42,400 bases of DNA from a virus. Positions 40,065 to 42,400 of the stretch are shown here, one piece after another. The position numbers and the translations under genes were made by a program. Each line of letters begins with the position of its first letter. Position 1 is the first letter of the stretch. The stretch covers positions 1 to 42,400 of the IMG/VR virus record IMGVR_UViG_3300010371_000021; one strand, written 5' to 3'. Under the pieces are notes generated by a model, which saw only the letters and a program-made list of their open reading frames with translations, did no database searches and had not been told where the DNA came from.

Positions 40065-40226
40065 ATGAGGTGGAATCTCCGAAGATCTATCCTGGGAAAA
40101 TCTATATACACAGCGGGGAATAAGACTGGCTACCAGATTAGTCCGAACGATATCTTCACGATTGTCTATAACTTCCAGGATATGACGTTCAGAGTAATAC
40201 TCAGGAGAAACGATGGCGCAGAATAG
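40065..40226 (+). CDS. possible small ORF (53 aa)
   Basis: Fills the 40062-40213 gap. MRWNLRRSILGKSIYTAGNKTGYQISPNDIFTIVYNFQDMTFRVILRRNDGAE. Confidence 0.4.
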   Translation: MRWNLRRSILGKSIYTAGNKTGYQISPNDIFTIVYNFQDMTFRVILRRNDGAE

Positions 40227-40497
40227 AGCACAGAAGAAGCTAAACGTAGAGCACTACGTTCCAGCTCTCGAAGGTTTCGCAATAGATAATGACGTGGATC
40301 TGCAAGTATTCGGTGATGCAGGTATCCACTGGAGGTTATCAGGTGGGTGTGTCCTAGACTGTTGGCCTACTACCGGAAGATTCTGGATAAAAGAGTTACC
40401 ACTTATCCGTTCAACGTCACACGTCATCGAACGCAAGGGCAAGCTGCCCTGGGACTATATGGAACTAGATAAGTTTTTGAGGAGACTATTTCTATGA
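40213..40497 (+). CDS. hypothetical protein (94 aa)
   Basis: AGGAGA SD. Confidence 0.7.
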   Translation: MAQNRAQKKLNVEHYVPALEGFAIDNDVDLQVFGDAGIHWRLSGGCVLDCWPTTGRFWIKELPLIRSTSHVIERKGKLPWDYMELDKFLRRLFL

Positions 40498-40637
40498 GCA
40501 CTGCGGAAGAGTTCTTAAGTGACCTTGTGAGAGATGTACTATCTGTAGCACCAATGGACCGCCAAAAGATCGTTAGAGGATACGCTAGACACCTCGAGGC
40601 GAGAGAAGTGTCGTGGGGGAAGCGCGCTAATGTATAA
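40494..40637 (+). CDS. small hypothetical protein (47 aa)
   Basis: ATGA-coupled start. Below the track cutoff. Confidence 0.5.
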   Translation: MSTAEEFLSDLVRDVLSVAPMDRQKIVRGYARHLEAREVSWGKRANV

Positions 40638-40788
40638 AAGATGGAAACAGTATCCAATAAAGAGATCTGTTCAGCTAAAACAAGAGACATTCGCTGACCT
40701 ACTTGAAGCGGCTGACTCGAAAGGGATGAAGTACGGCACACTTATGAGAAAAATAATCGAGGAATGGTTAGAAAGGGGTGATGGGTAG
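40630..40788 (+). CDS. ribbon-helix-helix (CopG/Arc-like) protein (52 aa)
   Basis: ..KRSVQLKQETFADLLEAADSKGMKYGTLMRKIIEEWLER.. matches the RHH pattern. Confidence 0.5.
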   Translation: MYKRWKQYPIKRSVQLKQETFADLLEAADSKGMKYGTLMRKIIEEWLERGDG

Positions 40789-40793
40789 AGATT

Positions 40794-40904
40794 ATGACGA
40801 AGACTAGGTTATTCATCAGGCACTACGAGTACCCTCTCTTGTACACCTTAGTATGGCTACCATTAACAGTTGTTATTGTGCGGATGATATGGGGGAAAGT
40901 ATGA
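40794..40904 (+). CDS. possible small membrane peptide (36 aa)
   Basis: MTKTRLFIRHYEYPLLYTLVWLPLTVVIVRMIWGKV. Its stop overlaps the next ATG. Confidence 0.3.
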   Translation: MTKTRLFIRHYEYPLLYTLVWLPLTVVIVRMIWGKV

Positions 40905-41221
40905 CACCTACTTACCAGCAACGACTAGAAGCGATTCTACGCGGTATGCGCTTTAGCACTAATTTTGATAGCGTCTTAGAGAAGACTGCCGCTGACGACA
41001 AGGTGTACGCAGAGACGGTAGCTGCTATTAATGCACTGAATGTGGACACCTCGAGGCACATTTGCACTCTGCCCCTCAACATCGTCAACATATCCCGTAA
41101 AGACCTCGGTACTCCTACAGATCGAGTAGTCATAACCGATGAACAGGGCAATAAATACGTAAAAGTAAGTAAATTGAACACTGTTGATGCAGTTGTTCGG
41201 AAGGTGTTGGAGGAGATATGA
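40901..41221 (+). CDS. hypothetical protein translationally coupled to rtcB (106 aa)
   Basis: ATG at 40901 after a GGGGGAAAG SD. ATGA overlap with the rtcB start. Confidence 0.7.
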   Translation: MTPTYQQRLEAILRGMRFSTNFDSVLEKTAADDKVYAETVAAINALNVDTSRHICTLPLNIVNISRKDLGTPTDRVVITDEQGNKYVKVSKLNTVDAVVRKVLEEI

Positions 41222-42387
41222 TACAAATTAACAAAAAACTCTATAGCTGGGCCTCTATCATTGAGCCGAACACTGAAGCACAGGCCATCACGACAAGTAG
41301 TATGCCTTTCATATGGCATCACTATGCGTTAATGCCCGATGCTCATCTAGGTGCAGGAGCGACGGTCGGTTCGGTAATACCTACATTAGGAGCTATCATG
41401 CCTGCCGCCGTAGGTGTAGATATTGGTTGTGGAATGATAGCCATAAAAACCCAATTTACTAAAGAAGATTTAATACTTAGAGATTTAAAGACGCTACGCG
41501 AAAGCATCGAACGTTCCATCCCCCTATCCGCAGGTGCATACAATCTTGACATAAAAGAGACCGCTAAGTCTAAGATCACCGAGTTGGAGGCAAAGGCGGG
41601 CGACAGACTTAAATTCTACGATGGTTTCAAGAACGACTGGCGCGTACAACTTGGAACGTTGGGATCGGGCAATCATTTTATTGAGGTAAGTCTTGACGAG
41701 AAAGATAGCGTATGGCTGTTTCTACACTCTGGCAGTCGAGGTATAGGCAACAAGATAGCCACATATCATATCAAAATCGCCCAGGATTTGTGCAAACGTT
41801 GGTTCATACCACTACCTGACCCAGATTTAGCTTATCTTATAGACGGGACGAAAGAGTTTGGTAATTATATAACTGATCTGAATTGGGCCCAGCTCTTCGC
41901 GTTGCTTAATCGCGAAGAGATGATGGATAGACTTATTAACGATTTTGAGCATTGGATCGGTAGAAAAACTGAAGAACAAGAGAGGATCAATTGTCACCAC
42001 AACTTCACGCTCAAAGAGCATCATTTCGGCAAAGATGTGTGGTTAAGCCGTAAGGGTGCTATACAGGCAGATGCTGGGCGGCTGGGGCTTATTCCTGGGT
42101 CCATGGGTACTGCTAGTTACGTCGTGGAAGGTTTGGGTAATCATCTGGCATTTGATAGTTCTCCGCATGGAGCAGGACGCGTTTATTCACGTTCTGTAGC
42201 ACGCAGAAAGTTCACCTTTGATGATTTAGAAACGGCGATGGAAGGGATTGAGTACCGCAAAACAGATGCATTTCTTGACGAAATACCAGCGGCTTATAAG
42301 GATATCGACCAGGTGATGGAAGATGCAAAGGATTTGGTGAAGGTCAAACACACATTACACCAAATATTGAACGTAAAGGGGGATTAG
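41218..42387 (+). CDS. rtcB: RtcB 3'-phosphate/5'-hydroxyl RNA ligase
   Basis: PDAHLGAGATVGSVIP, VGVDIGCGM, GSGNHFIE, LHSGSRGIGN, CHHNF, PGSMGTASYVV and SSPHGAGR are all hallmark RtcB motifs. Confidence 0.95.
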   Translation: MIQINKKLYSWASIIEPNTEAQAITTSSMPFIWHHYALMPDAHLGAGATVGSVIPTLGAIMPAAVGVDIGCGMIAIKTQFTKEDLILRDLKTLRESIERSIPLSAGAYNLDIKETAKSKITELEAKAGDRLKFYDGFKNDWRVQLGTLGSGNHFIEVSLDEKDSVWLFLHSGSRGIGNKIATYHIKIAQDLCKRWFIPLPDPDLAYLIDGTKEFGNYITDLNWAQLFALLNREEMMDRLINDFEHWIGRKTEEQERINCHHNFTLKEHHFGKDVWLSRKGAIQADAGRLGLIPGSMGTASYVVEGLGNHLAFDSSPHGAGRVYSRSVARRKFTFDDLETAMEGIEYRKTDAFLDEIPAAYKDIDQVMEDAKDLVKVKHTLHQILNVKGD

Positions 42388-42400
42388 TATGACAACCCCA
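42278..42400. repeat. Terminal overlap: identical copy of 1-123
   Basis: See feature 1-123. Confidence 0.95.

Noticed and set aside
39812-40111. 99-aa minus-strand ORF encoding an Arg/Ser-rich (RRRSRS...) peptide
   Set aside because: It is the mirror frame of the (GGCTACGGCGAC)n tandem repeat, so it is open only because of the repeat. It has no start context. All neighbouring genes are on the + strand, and the + frame is stop/start-coupled to the upstream gene.

Overview
The window is one complete dsDNA tailed-phage genome, either circularly closed or terminally redundant. Bases 1-123 are identical to 42278-42400, so the unique unit is 42,277 bp and the rtcB gene at the right end wraps onto the left end. 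I count about 70 protein genes. All are on the + strand except a 3-gene antisense cassette (26564-27877). Most genes are tightly packed, with many ATGA/TAATG stop-start overlaps.

Module order:
- 36.5 kb -> wrap -> 5.2 kb: early and RNA-metabolism genes. These include a CCA-adding enzyme, a Sak4-like ATPase, a (GYGD)n repeat protein, RHH regulators and RtcB RNA ligase. There is also a ~2.1 kb gene-poor stretch (2552-4677) holding promoters, structured RNAs, a ~580-nt ORF-free highly base-paired locus and a tRNA-Ser(GCU).
- 5.3-7.3 kb: small and large terminase.
- 7.4-10.8 kb: GroES-like and GroEL-like chaperonin genes plus small ORFs.
- 10.9-16.4 kb: portal, scaffold, major capsid and head accessory genes.
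- 16.5-33.3 kb: tail, fibre and internal-virion genes. These are interrupted by the antisense cassette (flanked by perfect 77-bp direct repeats) and by a free-standing HNH/NUMOD endonuclease.
- 33.3-36.0 kb: lysis genes (a CHAP-like protein lacking the Cys, a CHAP endolysin, a holin-like protein).

I recognise no tail tube, sheath, tape-measure, DNA polymerase, primase or integrase, so the phage is probably short-tailed; that is inference only. TAG, TAA and TGA all act as stops.

Most interesting items:
- the giant structured RNA plus tRNA locus in a phage that also carries RtcB and a CCA enzyme
- the repeat-flanked antisense cassette, whose secreted proteins share a TYDPF motif with an internal-virion protein
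- the (GYGD)n tandem-repeat gene
- a phage GroES/GroEL pair
- conserved promoter-proximal terminator hairpins
- leaderless-type promoters
- a gene split by one in-frame amber codon

Functional calls rest on motif recognition by eye; no database search was possible.
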